A stretch of 32,000 nucleotides of DNA from Trichodesmium erythraeum IMS101 (GCF_000014265.1 NC_008312.1:6270001-6302000), one strand, 5' to 3'. Positions 9,994 to 19,845 are shown, counted from the stretch's first letter. Numbers and translations are program-made. The notes: generated from the sequence alone by a model not told the origin.

Positions 9994-11409
9994 CTATTCT
10001 CCTATTCTTTGAATAGCAATTTCTTTTAAAAACTCTCGATTAATTTTTCCTTGAGAATTACGAGGTAAACTTTCTACTCTTAGCCAATATTTAGGCTGCT
10101 TAAATTTGCTCAATTTTTTATCAATAGCAGCTAACAACTTTTCCTTAGAAACTTCAAAATAATTACCCACATAAACAGCAGTTACAACTTCACCCCAATA
10201 TTTATCTGCTAAGCCAATTACACAAATATCATCAACTAAACCAGTTGTCAAAATAGCAGCTTCAACTTCTGCCGGAAAAACATTTTCCCCACCAGTAATA
10301 ATTTTTTGACTACTACGACCTACTATTTTTAAGTAACCTTGATGATCAAAAAATCCTAAATCATCTGTTACTAGACTTTCATAATTATTAAATATATCAG
10401 GATAATACCCTAACGCCAAAGAATTAGCTTTAATGCTAATATTACCAATTTGATTTTGATATAATATTTTCCCACTTTCATTTTTCACAATAATTTTAGC
10501 GTGAGGTAATACTTGACCGTTACTATTATTTCCTGCCAAAAAATCTTGTGGTTTAAGAGTCGCAACTTGAGAAGCAGTTTCTGTCATTCCATAAGTTGGA
10601 GCTAATTTAATTTGATATTTTCTTGCAGCATCAAATAATTCTTCCCAAGCTGCGGAACCACCTAAAAGCACTATTTTAAAATTAGATAACCAGTTAGCTG
10701 TTTCTGCCTTTTGTAACAAATGGTGTAACTGAGTTGGTACTAGGGAAATGAAAAATTCATTGGGGTTAATATTCCATTCTTTTTGTTCTAAAATATCTTT
10801 ATAGGATGGCAAAATTATTAAATTTCCCCCAGTAGTAAAGGAGCGTATAAACTGCATTAAACCACTGACATGATATAGGGGTAAAACACAAAATGAATTA
10901 ATTTCTTGTACTTGGAAATATCCTTGGAAACCTCTTACAGATGACATTAAAGTTTCCCATGTATGAATAGCAAATTTAATTTTGCCAGATGAGCCACCAG
11001 TAGGAATCATAATCAAATTTTCCTCAGTAGTCAGAGTTTTTTTACAGGGGTTATCTCTAGACAAACTAGATATTTTTTCTAAAGACTTTTCGAGAGATTT
11101 ATGGTTAAGAATATTTCCCAAAATCATGTCTGGTTCTACTAATTTTAAAACTTTTTCCCATTCTAGTTGTCCCCATTTTGGATTACATAAAAATACTTGA
11201 CAATTAGCACCAACAGCAGCAAGAAAACTAGAAATAAATTCTGTTGGATTTGATTCTGATATTAATACTTTGCTAGGAGTTCTTGGATTTGCAATTTTGA
11301 TTAAGTTTTTAATTTTTTTGTTCGTAAGATAAGAAAATTCGCTAGAGCTCAAAAAAGTTTTACTTCTTTTGACTTGGTATTTTTTTAGGTAGTTAAAGAT
11401 TAGGTTCAT
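9994..11409 (-). CDS. menE: o-succinylbenzoate-CoA ligase
   Basis: Adenylate-forming enzyme motifs: IPTGGSSGKIKFA (AMP-binding P-loop variant typical of MenE), YGMTE, TGDLG-like TDDLGF, and the C-terminal KINR motif. Adjacent to menC and menH. Confidence 0.9.
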   Translation of the reverse strand: MNLIFNYLKKYQVKRSKTFLSSSEFSYLTNKKIKNLIKIANPRTPSKVLISESNPTEFISSFLAAVGANCQVFLCNPKWGQLEWEKVLKLVEPDMILGNILNHKSLEKSLEKISSLSRDNPCKKTLTTEENLIMIPTGGSSGKIKFAIHTWETLMSSVRGFQGYFQVQEINSFCVLPLYHVSGLMQFIRSFTTGGNLIILPSYKDILEQKEWNINPNEFFISLVPTQLHHLLQKAETANWLSNFKIVLLGGSAAWEELFDAARKYQIKLAPTYGMTETASQVATLKPQDFLAGNNSNGQVLPHAKIIVKNESGKILYQNQIGNISIKANSLALGYYPDIFNNYESLVTDDLGFFDHQGYLKIVGRSSQKIITGGENVFPAEVEAAILTTGLVDDICVIGLADKYWGEVVTAVYVGNYFEVSKEKLLAAIDKKLSKFKQPKYWLRVESLPRNSQGKINREFLKEIAIQRIGE

Positions 11410-11461
11410 AAATTAGTTATAGTATTAGTATTTTGCTGATAGTTTATGATTAATTTTATTG

Positions 11462-11792
11462 TAAAAAAGACTATAAAGTTTGACTACCTCCTGCAAATAA
11501 AGACTGAAAATTTATAATTATGGCTAAATTTTCTCTAAGACAAGAGTTGATATGTTCGGTCAAATTAGCTGGTAACTAAAATATTTCATTTCTGAAAAAT
11601 ATATAGATAAATTTTGACTATCTCCCGCAGATAAAGACTGAAAATTTATAATTATGGCTAAATTTTATCTGAGACAAGAGTTGATATGTTCGGTCAAATT
11701 AGCTGGTAACTAAAATATTTCATTTCTGAAAAATATATAGATAAATTTTGACTCCCTCCCGCAGATAAAGACATAAATTTTTGAGTTTTGGC
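11462..11792. repeat. 134-bp tandem repeat, about 2.4 copies, abutting the menC stop codon
   Basis: TGACTA(C/T)CTCC(T/C)GCA(A/G)ATAAAGACTGAAAATTTATAATTATGGCTAAATTTT... recurs at 11481, 11615 and 11749, giving a period of 134. Confidence 0.85.
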
Positions 11793-12737
11793 TTAATTTT
11801 CTATATCTGCATCAAAAAAGTGGGTGATACCAAAACCAAAAGCACGGTTTTTTCTTAAGTTTGGTTGTAATTTTGTGGCAAGCTGCAATGATGCTTTTCT
11901 AGCAATTTTTGTTTCAAATACTGAAGAAAAAACTGCATCAATGAGATAATTTTGACAAAAGTTACAGAGATCAATACGGGAACCAAAAATAGCAGGTTTA
12001 ATTACGAATATTCCTTGCCAACCTTGTTGATAATATTGTTGCATTTTGCTGAGGTTAGCAACAGATTCATCTAAGGCAATAGGGGTAGAATAGAAATTAC
12101 TTAAATCCAACATTTCGATAAATTTATCAACAGGTAAAGGTTGCTCAAGTAACTCAATTATATTGATATTTTCGCATATTTCTAACCATTGTTTTGCTTC
12201 TTCAAAATTTAATCCTCCATTGGCATCCAATCTTAAATTTATTCCGGTAGGGAGTTCTTTAACTAACTGCTGAAATATCTTTATTTCTGTTTGAATTTGA
12301 TCAAGTCCAATTTTCCATTTGAAAGTGCGGTATCCTTTTTGCCAAAGTTGCTGCCAAGTTTCTAAAGCTGCTTTTCCTGCTGGTAATAGAGCACTGTAAA
12401 ATTTCGGGTTTAATTCTTCTTTTTCCTGTACTTGTACTTCTTGAAAATTTTCCCAAGCTGACTCAAAGCCAAATTTACAACTAGGTAAATTATCGGGAAT
12501 AGAAAAAATAGTTTCTGTTGTAATTTTTGGTGGTAACTGGTGACAAAAATCTAAAGCTTCCGACAAAGTTTCCGAACCAAAAAAACTTAAAGGTGCAATT
12601 TCACCTAAACCTATTTCTCCAGTTTTATTGGTTAGTTTTAAAATTATTCCTTCTCTAATACGCCAAATACCATGACTTGTTTTTAAAGGTTGTTTGAAGT
12701 TCCGTTTATAGGGAAAAATTTTTAGTTTATAATGCAT
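11793..12737 (-). CDS. menC: o-succinylbenzoate synthase (enolase superfamily)
   Basis: Enolase-superfamily catalytic pattern: FKWKIG (KxK), LRLDANGG, LLEQPL, ALDES. The size (314 aa) and neighbourhood (menE, menH) fit. Confidence 0.85.
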   Translation of the reverse strand: MHYKLKIFPYKRNFKQPLKTSHGIWRIREGIILKLTNKTGEIGLGEIAPLSFFGSETLSEALDFCHQLPPKITTETIFSIPDNLPSCKFGFESAWENFQEVQVQEKEELNPKFYSALLPAGKAALETWQQLWQKGYRTFKWKIGLDQIQTEIKIFQQLVKELPTGINLRLDANGGLNFEEAKQWLEICENINIIELLEQPLPVDKFIEMLDLSNFYSTPIALDESVANLSKMQQYYQQGWQGIFVIKPAIFGSRIDLCNFCQNYLIDAVFSSVFETKIARKASLQLATKLQPNLRKNRAFGFGITHFFDADIEN

Positions 12738-13408
12738 ATTTTTTTTGTAAGATTTTCTGGAAAAACTTAACTTTCTTACATTTTTATTGGTAAGTATTTG
12801 GCTTTTCCTGGGTCATGTTGTGCAAATATAACTTTTAATTATCCTTGAATATTAATTCCTCCTTCCAAGATAATGAGTTGACAACTCATAGCTGGTAATA
12901 TAATTCCTCTGTAAGAGATTAGTTTACAGGTGAATACTTATCTTTATTGCAGTATAAGGAAATAATTTATAGTATTTTAATCATATCTAATACATCTATA
13001 AAATGTGTATTTTTACTATTTGATTAATTTACTTAAATATCATATTCATCCTTGATTTAAAATTTAAGACCTAATTTTAAATACTATTTTCATTATCCTC
13101 TATTCTGATAATTATAGAACTATTTATCAATATAAATAAATGCAGTTTTTCCTAGCTATTTGTTGATAAAAAAAACTGCTAAATATACATTTGCTAAATT
13201 TAAATTTATTCAAAACAATCGATATTTTAATAACAGTAACTATCCTAATTATTTAGATAACTGATATTTATCAATTCTCTGAATTTTAACTTTTATTGAG
13301 TTCTATAAAATTTAAAAAAAATTAGAGTAAAAAAATAGTTAGGAGTTAGGAAAAACTTTGATCTTGAATTTTCTATATTGCTAAACGAAGGTATTCATTC
13401 TCTAGCTA

Positions 13409-14266
13409 CTAAAAAAAGGTTACTCTAGTAGTATTTTTTAAACTTATATTAGTTTTTTTCTTTCCCTTTATCAAGAAATTTATTATAGTTTCCATCCATT
13501 CTCTAGGATTTTCCCAGTGAATATTATGGCCAGATTCACCAATTACTTTCAACTTAGCAGGCAGGCATAATTCTGCTATTTCTGTATTAATAGCTTTAAA
13601 TTTATGATCATACTTTCCCACCATTAATAATGTAGGAATCTGATGATTTGATAATTTATTCCAAAGTGAGGGTTGGTTACCTATTCCCAAATTTCGGAGA
13701 GATTTTCCTAATTCCAATGGATTATTTTCTAACCGTCTTTCTATGAGCTTTTCAAAATTATTATGCTGCCTCAAAGATTCAAATAACGGTTGATTATACC
13801 AGTTAATTAAAAACTCTTTAAAATTGCTATTTTCTAACTTATTAGCTAATTGAAAATCTGACTGACAACGAAGCGATCGCTCTGCTTTACTCTTTAGTCC
13901 TGGAGATGCTGATTCTAATATTATTTTTTCAAACCGAGTTGGAAAATTTATCCCTAGATATAATGCCAATCTTCCTCCCATTGAATAGCCAAATAAATAA
14001 CATTTTTCAATATTTAAATTATCTAATAAACCAATCAATGCTGTGGCAGTATTGTGCATATTGTAATGTTTTTCACTATCAAAAACTCTAGTTTTTCCAT
14101 GTCCTGGTAAATCAACTGTTAGACAGCAAAATTTTTTAGATAACTCAGGGATAATTTCTATAAAATCATTACTACTACCCATAAATCCATGTAACAATAA
14201 AATTATTGTTTTATTGTTTTTTTGAGATAAGGAGTAGTTGAATTTATAATTTTTCCCATTAAACAT
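13409..14266 (-). CDS. menH: 2-succinyl-6-hydroxy-2,4-cyclohexadiene-1-carboxylate (SHCHC) synthase, alpha/beta hydrolase
   Basis: alpha/beta-hydrolase HG motif (LLHGFMGS), nucleophile elbow GYSMGG and a C-terminal GHNIH histidine. Lies within the men cluster. Contains a HIP1 site. Confidence 0.8.
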   Translation of the reverse strand: MFNGKNYKFNYSLSQKNNKTIILLLHGFMGSSNDFIEIIPELSKKFCCLTVDLPGHGKTRVFDSEKHYNMHNTATALIGLLDNLNIEKCYLFGYSMGGRLALYLGINFPTRFEKIILESASPGLKSKAERSLRCQSDFQLANKLENSNFKEFLINWYNQPLFESLRQHNNFEKLIERRLENNPLELGKSLRNLGIGNQPSLWNKLSNHQIPTLLMVGKYDHKFKAINTEIAELCLPAKLKVIGESGHNIHWENPREWMETIINFLIKGKKKTNISLKNTTRVTFF

Positions 14267-14548
14267 TAATCAATAATTATGAATAAAGTAATTTAATATT
14301 TATTTATATCCTTTAAAAAAAATAATTTTACCAAGAATCCTGGTAATAAATAAGTAACGGAAATAATATATAATTTTCTGAAAGCAAATCAATAACTTTC
14401 TACAAAAAATAAGCAGTTATAATCAAGTTCCTTAGTTTGTAGCTAACATTTATCTATTTTGGTGTTAATCACAACTAATTCCTCCATTATAAGAAATAAA
14501 TATAGTCTCCAGCATCTGGAAGTTAATGATAACTGAAATGCCTGAACT

Positions 14549-14578
14549 AAAAAAATATGGTGGTATATTTCCCACCAT
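14549..14578 (-). terminator. Rho-independent terminator of msrB
   Basis: On the minus strand: ATGGTGG-gaaatata-CCACCAT (perfect 7-bp stem) followed by ATTTTTTT. It begins 14 nt after the msrB stop codon. Confidence 0.7.
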
Positions 14579-14591
14579 AATTTCTAATTAT

Positions 14592-14990
14592 TTATTCACC
14601 TTTAGAAAACTTTAGCGCAGCAGAATTCAAGCAATAACGCAATCCTGTTGGAGGGGGACCATCTGGAAAAACATGACCAAGATGAGCATCACAATTATTG
14701 CAAAGAACTTCTGTTCTCCGCATAAATAAACTCCAGTCAGTTTCTTCTTTGATATTTTCTTGATTAATAGGTTTCCAATAACTAGGCCAGCCTGTGCCAG
14801 AATCATATTTTGCTTCAGAACTAAATAGGTCAATACCACAACAAACACATTTATATATTCCTTTTTCTTTATTGTTGTAATATTCCCCTGTGAATGGTCT
14901 TTCAGTTCCCTTTTTTCTAGTTACATTAAACTGTTCTGGGGTAAGTTGTTCTTTCCACTCTTTTTCACTTTTTTTAATTTTATTAACCAT
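14592..14990 (-). CDS. msrB: Peptide-methionine (R)-S-oxide reductase
   Basis: SelR/MsrB signature: two CxxC zinc motifs ([17 protein letters not shown]) and the catalytic RYCLNS near the C-terminus. 132 aa. Confidence 0.95.
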   Translation of the reverse strand: MVNKIKKSEKEWKEQLTPEQFNVTRKKGTERPFTGEYYNNKEKGIYKCVCCGIDLFSSEAKYDSGTGWPSYWKPINQENIKEETDWSLFMRRTEVLCNNCDAHLGHVFPDGPPPTGLRYCLNSAALKFSKGE

Positions 14991-15410
14991 GGCTTTAATG
15001 TTTATTTTGACAAACTATTTTCCAGTACAACACTAATTTTTAAGTGCTATAATATTTTATACTTTACAAATCATAACATATTCTTTATGGAAAAGCTAAT
15101 GCTGAGAAGCCCTGTGAATAAATTTAGGATATTTACGAATGAAAGTTGATTGACTTTACTTTTGTAAGTAGATTATTTTTCTTACTATCTAATCTATAGA
15201 TATAGGAATTATCAAATTGTTTGATTTTAGGAAATACGGAATAAGCAATAGAAAAAAAAGACTTTACCTGATTAATATTAAGAAAGCTTATAAATATATA
15301 GAACTACAAAAAAATGTCAGGGTAACTATAAGACTTTAAAACCTTAAAAATAACAGTTTTTATTCAAACTGATAACTGAATACTTATAAATATTCAGCTC
15401 TGAGAATATG

Positions 15411-16307
15411 TCAAATAACAAATCCTAAGCCAAGTAATAATCCACTAAAAAAATGTAGATAAACTGCAATAAATTTACAGTTACTAATTTTTTCTGGTTG
15501 GTCGTGATAATGACTAAGGTGACGACATAAATGAATAGCAAAAGGCAAGCCAGCAAAACTTAATAAAGCCCAAACTGGGAATAGTTTTAAACCTACACAA
15601 ATAGAAATTAATACAAAAACAATTCCGCAAGACCAATTTAATACTTGAGAACCTGCTTTAGTTCCCATCCTCACAATAGGCGATCGCTTTCCTGCTGCTA
15701 AGTCATCTTTTACCTGATGAAAGTGGGAGCAAAAGAGAATAATAGTAGTAGTAATTCCAATAATTATTGAAGCCGTTAAACTAGTAATTGACCAAGCCTT
15801 AGTTTGACTATAGTAAGCAGCAGAAATTGCTAAAGGACCAAAAGCAAAAAAGCAGATAATTTCTCCTAAACCTTGATAACCTAATCTGAAAGGAGGACCT
15901 TGATAAACATATCCTAAAAAACAACACAGTAATATTAATCCAATTACAGTTAAATCTTGCAGCCACCAGCTAATTGTTGCAACTCCCAAAATACCTAAAA
16001 ATAAACATAAATTACCTAACCAAAACATTAAGTTTTTATTCCCTGTTAGATTCACCAAAGAGTGGTGCTTATTTTTATCAATACCTGTCTCCGAGTCAAA
16101 GACATCATTACTAATATTCTCCCAACCCAAAATTAAAATTGCTGATGTGATAAACGTTAAAAAAATAGACCAGTCAATCCCATTTTTTTCCCAGATAGCT
16201 ATTGCTGTTCCTATCCATATCGGCATAATTGCTACACTATACATAGGTGGCTTAATGGCAGCCAACCATAATTTTTTATCAGACTTATTTACTGTTTGAG
16301 CTGTCAT
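15411..16307 (-). CDS. menA: 1,4-dihydroxy-2-naphthoate phytyl/polyprenyltransferase (UbiA family)
   Basis: Polytopic membrane protein with the UbiA Asp-rich motif NISNDVFDSETGID and a second motif region with DDLAAGK. Divergent from menF. Contains a HIP1 site. Confidence 0.9.
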   Translation of the reverse strand: MTAQTVNKSDKKLWLAAIKPPMYSVAIMPIWIGTAIAIWEKNGIDWSIFLTFITSAILILGWENISNDVFDSETGIDKNKHHSLVNLTGNKNLMFWLGNLCLFLGILGVATISWWLQDLTVIGLILLCCFLGYVYQGPPFRLGYQGLGEIICFFAFGPLAISAAYYSQTKAWSITSLTASIIIGITTTIILFCSHFHQVKDDLAAGKRSPIVRMGTKAGSQVLNWSCGIVFVLISICVGLKLFPVWALLSFAGLPFAIHLCRHLSHYHDQPEKISNCKFIAVYLHFFSGLLLGLGFVI

Positions 16308-16708
16308 ATTAATTTGATAATTAATCCTTTATTTTAACAATAGTCATGTTAAATTGATTGTTATAGTTAAGTTGATTATGATAAAATTATCAACCCTAAC
16401 TCCAAACAATTATAAATATAAATATGAGAGATTTTTTTGATGCTATAGCAATTTTTAATTTCTTACCACTTTCATTTCCTAGTCTAACTCAAATCTTAAC
16501 AAAAAATAACTTAATTTATTTTTCCTTTACCTTTGATTTTATTTAGGCTTTCGACTTGCCTAAAAAATTCTCTATCTCTTATCGCTACAAAAGGGATGTC
16601 AAAAAAGATTTAATGTTAATTAAGGGATAAATTTTGCCTCTTTCATAAATTGGACATTCCCACTAATCACTCTATCTAATTCAGTGAAAATTTGCTATTC
16701 TTATTTTC

Positions 16709-18205
16709 ATGCCTGTAACACCAACTTCTGTTAATCTATTTCAGACTTACCAAGATCTGTATCAATTTCTGTTTAATTGTCAACAGACATTAACAGACAA
16801 TATGCAAACAAAAATAATTAGTATTTCTCGAGAAATATTATCAGTAGATCCCCTAGCAGTATTGCAAAAAATTTGTCAACCACATCAACTACATTTTTAT
16901 TTAGAAAAACAAGCCATTGGAGAAAAAAACATCCACAAAAATAGGTTGGCGATCGCTGCTGTAGATACTGCTACCCATTTTACTGTTAAAAGTGGGAGTC
17001 GTTTTGCGCAAGCTGAGTCTTTTATTCAATCATGTTTAAACAATACAATTTCTCTAGGTGCAACACACTTACCATATTCAGGTCCCCACTTTTTTTGTAG
17101 CTTTACTTTCTTTGAAAAAGATACTCATGCCTATCTACAAAACCTTTATCAAAATGGTAATTACCAACAAAAATTATCTCTAAACCTTCACTTTCCTTTA
17201 GCAACAATATTTCTACCATGCTGGCAAATAACTCAGACAAATAAACATAATATACTTGTAATTAATACCGTTATTAATAACTCTATTAACATTAAAAATC
17301 TTTCCCATAAAATTTGGCATAAATTCCAGGAAATAACCCAGATAAAACATAATCATTTATCAACTTTAACCAAGCCCAATCAAAAACTTATAAAAATCAA
17401 CGTCAATCATTTACAAAAATTTAAAAAATCAGTAGCTTCAGCTCTAGAATTAATCAATTCAAATTATTTAAGAAAAATTGTTTTAGCCCATGCTATAGAT
17501 ATATATTCTCAAAATAATTTCAACTTAATCAAATCCTTAAACAACTTGCGATTCATTTATCCAGACTGCTATGTATTTTCTATTAGTAATGGCAAGGGCC
17601 AAAACTTCATAGGTGCAAGTCCAGAACGCTTAATTAGTATTAACAATAATCAATTAGTTACAGATGCTTTAGCAGGTTCTGCACCTAGAGGCAAAACCCC
17701 TAGTCAAGATGCTAAATTAGCCAATAGTTTATTATGTAGTGAAAAAGATTTACGAGAACATCAATTTGTCATAGATTTCATTATTAAACGTCTTCAATAT
17801 TTAGGATTAAAACCAAATTATTTACCCCAACCAAATCTACTACAATTGTCAAATATTCAGCATTTATGGACACCAATAAATGCAGAAGTTTCTCAAAATA
17901 TTCATTTATTAGAAATATTAGCACAACTCCATCCCACACCAGCAGTGGCAGGAGTTCCTAGAGATATTGCTCAAGAACAAATACAGAATTTTGAAACTTT
18001 CGATCGCTCACTTTATGCAGCACCTATTGGTTGGATAGATCACCAAGGAAATGGAGAATTTACTGTAGGTATTAGGTCAGCTTTAATTGATGGAGAACGC
18101 GCTAGACTTTATGCTGGTGCAGGTATAGTTACTGGTTCAAAACCAGATCAAGAGTTAGCAGAAGTTCAACTCAAACTTCAGACATTATTAAAAGCTTTAG
18201 TTTAA
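16709..18205 (+). CDS. menF: Isochorismate synthase
   Basis: Chorismate-binding-enzyme C-terminal motifs: GASPERL, HPTPAVAGVP, YAAPIGW, GAGIV. The low-complexity N/Q/K-rich insert in the N-terminal half is unusual but in frame. Confidence 0.9.
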   Translation: MPVTPTSVNLFQTYQDLYQFLFNCQQTLTDNMQTKIISISREILSVDPLAVLQKICQPHQLHFYLEKQAIGEKNIHKNRLAIAAVDTATHFTVKSGSRFAQAESFIQSCLNNTISLGATHLPYSGPHFFCSFTFFEKDTHAYLQNLYQNGNYQQKLSLNLHFPLATIFLPCWQITQTNKHNILVINTVINNSINIKNLSHKIWHKFQEITQIKHNHLSTLTKPNQKLIKINVNHLQKFKKSVASALELINSNYLRKIVLAHAIDIYSQNNFNLIKSLNNLRFIYPDCYVFSISNGKGQNFIGASPERLISINNNQLVTDALAGSAPRGKTPSQDAKLANSLLCSEKDLREHQFVIDFIIKRLQYLGLKPNYLPQPNLLQLSNIQHLWTPINAEVSQNIHLLEILAQLHPTPAVAGVPRDIAQEQIQNFETFDRSLYAAPIGWIDHQGNGEFTVGIRSALIDGERARLYAGAGIVTGSKPDQELAEVQLKLQTLLKALV

Positions 18206-18211
18206 AATGAA

Positions 18212-18303
18212 CAGGACTTACCCACGGGCAATACACAAGCGTGAGGGCGAATAGCATTCGCCCCTAAATATGGCGTTTGCAAGGTGAATTTGCGTAAGTC
18301 CTG
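18212..18303. mobile_element. MITE-like 92-bp element with terminal inverted repeats and an internal GC hairpin
   Basis: Termini CAGGACTTAC(C)CA ... TG(C)GTAAGTCCTG are inverted. The core GGGCGAAT-agc-ATTCGCCC is a perfect 8-bp hairpin. GC content is far above the surroundings. It starts 7 nt after the menF stop. Confidence 0.55.
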
Positions 18304-18404
18304 ATGAAAATTCTGTAGCTTCGACAGAAATATTTGAATAATGTATCTGAAGTCCCTAGGCATAAAAATTAAGGTACAAATATATCCGACTACCTGCTCT
18401 CCTC

Positions 18405-18444
18405 TGTAGAAACATTTGCATTGTTATTATGCAACGTCCCTACA
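18405..18444. repeat. Decayed palindromic element (TGTAGAAACATTTGCAT-tgttatt-ATGCAACGTCCCTACA)
   Basis: Imperfect inverted repeat. The right arm GCAACGTCCCTAC resembles small dispersed palindromic repeats that I recall from filamentous cyanobacteria; this is from memory and not verified. Confidence 0.35.
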
Positions 18445-18552
18445 TCTACTTCTGGAAGATATTAGGGGTGGATCCCCTACTCCTGAAAAAGACTTTTTCA
18501 GCTAAACCTTGCTTTAGTTCCCTAGATGCTAGACGAACAGTAAAATTCAACA

Positions 18553-18841
18553 AAAAAGATATCAATTTATTTATGCTAATACCCTACTTTAAACAATCAA
18601 AATTATTACTTTAATTCATATCTTTGTAAGGTTAAAAATTCAAATTTTCCTGATATATCATAATGAGCAATTAATTGGTGCATTTCTATTTCATTAATTA
18701 ACCAATTAACTACACAATCAAAAGCATTCCCTATAGTTACTTGCTCAGGACAACTGATAGAAACACCATCAGGTAAAAAGAAGGTTTTATTTCCTTCCCA
18801 ACTCCAATTAAATTGAGTAGTAACAGGTTCAGAAATTTGTA
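18553..18841. repeat. 289-bp tandem duplicate of the 3' end of the DUF3598 gene plus downstream flank (contains ORF 18606-18854)
   Basis: 18553-18841 is almost identical to 18842-19130 at an offset of 289. The 82-aa ORF repeats the last about 80 residues of the 260-aa protein, with one visible amino-acid change (QRYELK versus QIYELK). Confidence 0.9.
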
Positions 18842-18894
18842 AAAAGGATATCAATTTATTTATGCTAATACCCTAATTTAAACAATCACAATTA

Positions 18895-19677
18895 TTACTT
18901 TAATTCATATATTTGTAAGGTTAAAAATTCAAATTTTCCTGATATATCATAATGAGCAATTAATTGGTGCATTTCTATTTCATTAATTAACCAATTAACT
19001 ACACAATCAAAAGCATTCCCTATAGTTACTTGCTCAGGACAACTGATAGAAACACCATCAGGTAAAAAGAAGGTTTTATTTCCTTCCCAACTCCAATTAA
19101 ATTGAGTAGTAACAGGTTCAGAAATTTGTAAATTAGGAGTAATAGTTATTGACGTTCCCTGGCAATTTTGTGGTAAATCTCTTTGAGATAATTGTTCTAA
19201 TTCGGTCGACCAATAGTCGGAGGGATAGCCAGTAGAGTCTTCTCGAATATTGGCAGTTCTAAACAAGTTTCCTTTGTCATCATAAATGATACCAAAACTA
19301 TGTTTGAGATGTTGGTATCTAAAAAATAACTCCATCGCAAAATAAGCCTCTGATGGTAACTGAGTTACAGACCAAATAGCATGGCCAGAGGGAAAGAAAT
19401 AAGCCCGCATCACCTCAGCTTGAGGATGAAAAATTCCATCAGATAAACTATTTGCTGATTGATAATAAGTCCAACTTTTTTCTTCCACATTATCTTCAGC
19501 ATAAATATATTTATTTAGGTGATAAATCTCTGTTTTGTCAGAATTACTCTCAAAATTTCTAAGACTACGAAATGACTCTTCTACACATCCTTCTGGGGTA
19601 TATTTGGTCCAAACACCATGCCAAGCATACAAATGTTGATCAATAAAGTTTTTCCAGTTTTGTGTTTTAAGATCCAT
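18895..19677 (-). CDS. DUF3598-like protein (conserved cyanobacterial/plastid-lineage protein of unknown function)
   Basis: The N-terminal pattern W.NF....L..W.G.WT.Y.P.G resembles the DUF3598 N-terminus as I remember it. The family assignment is from memory and is not certain. Confidence 0.45.
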   Translation of the reverse strand: MDLKTQNWKNFIDQHLYAWHGVWTKYTPEGCVEESFRSLRNFESNSDKTEIYHLNKYIYAEDNVEEKSWTYYQSANSLSDGIFHPQAEVMRAYFFPSGHAIWSVTQLPSEAYFAMELFFRYQHLKHSFGIIYDDKGNLFRTANIREDSTGYPSDYWSTELEQLSQRDLPQNCQGTSITITPNLQISEPVTTQFNWSWEGNKTFFLPDGVSISCPEQVTIGNAFDCVVNWLINEIEMHQLIAHYDISGKFEFLTLQIYELK

Positions 19678-19845
19678 AATTTTATTTCCTCAAAAAAACC
19701 TGCATTATTTAAATTAATGATGACTATAAGCAATTTCAAACTTAGTTTTAACTTGTTCAGTGATAACCGCTAAATAAACAGATAAGACAGAAGCAGTAAC
19801 CATAATATATTATTTAATAATTTCTAGTTTAAAATTCATAAAATT

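Noticed and set aside
10982-11200. 72-aa ORF antisense to menE
   Set aside because: It lies entirely within a well-supported CDS on the opposite strand, has no family signature, and is a typical shadow ORF.
11462-11792. Tandem repeats (here, at 27262-27443 and at 23342-23560) as a CRISPR array
   Set aside because: The units are 83-134 bp and directly abutting, with no unique spacers and no 25-40-nt repeat/spacer periodicity. There are no cas genes in the window.
13906-14091. 61-aa ORF antisense to menH
   Set aside because: Shadow ORF inside menH with a low-complexity L/I/N/F composition.
14438-14458. A 19-of-20-nt match, TTTGTAGC(T/A)AACATTTATC, shared with 26211-26230
   Set aside because: A rough estimate for AT-rich sequence of this length gives about one such match by chance. 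There is no extended similarity around it.
14627-14848. 73-aa same-strand alternative-frame ORF inside msrB
   Set aside because: The msrB frame carries all the family motifs. The alternative frame has none.
14946-15149. 67-aa ORF overlapping the msrB start on the opposite strand
   Set aside because: F/N-rich low-complexity translation of AT-rich spacer, with no motifs.
18429-18614. 61-aa ORF between menF and the DUF3598 duplicate
   Set aside because: It runs across palindromic repeat debris and into the duplicated flank. It has no motifs and is likely spurious.
18606-18854. 82-aa ORF as an independent gene
   Set aside because: It is the duplicated C-terminal fragment of 18895-19677 with a junction-created TTG start. 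It is treated as a repeat or nascent pseudogene, though expression cannot be excluded.
19714-19803. 29-codon minus-strand ORF (MVTASVLSVYLAVITEQVKTKFEIAYSHH) 37 nt upstream of the DUF3598 gene
   Set aside because: It is too short to distinguish from chance. It is not hydrophobic enough to match the small photosystem or cytochrome subunits I compared it with, and shows no Shine-Dalgarno evidence.
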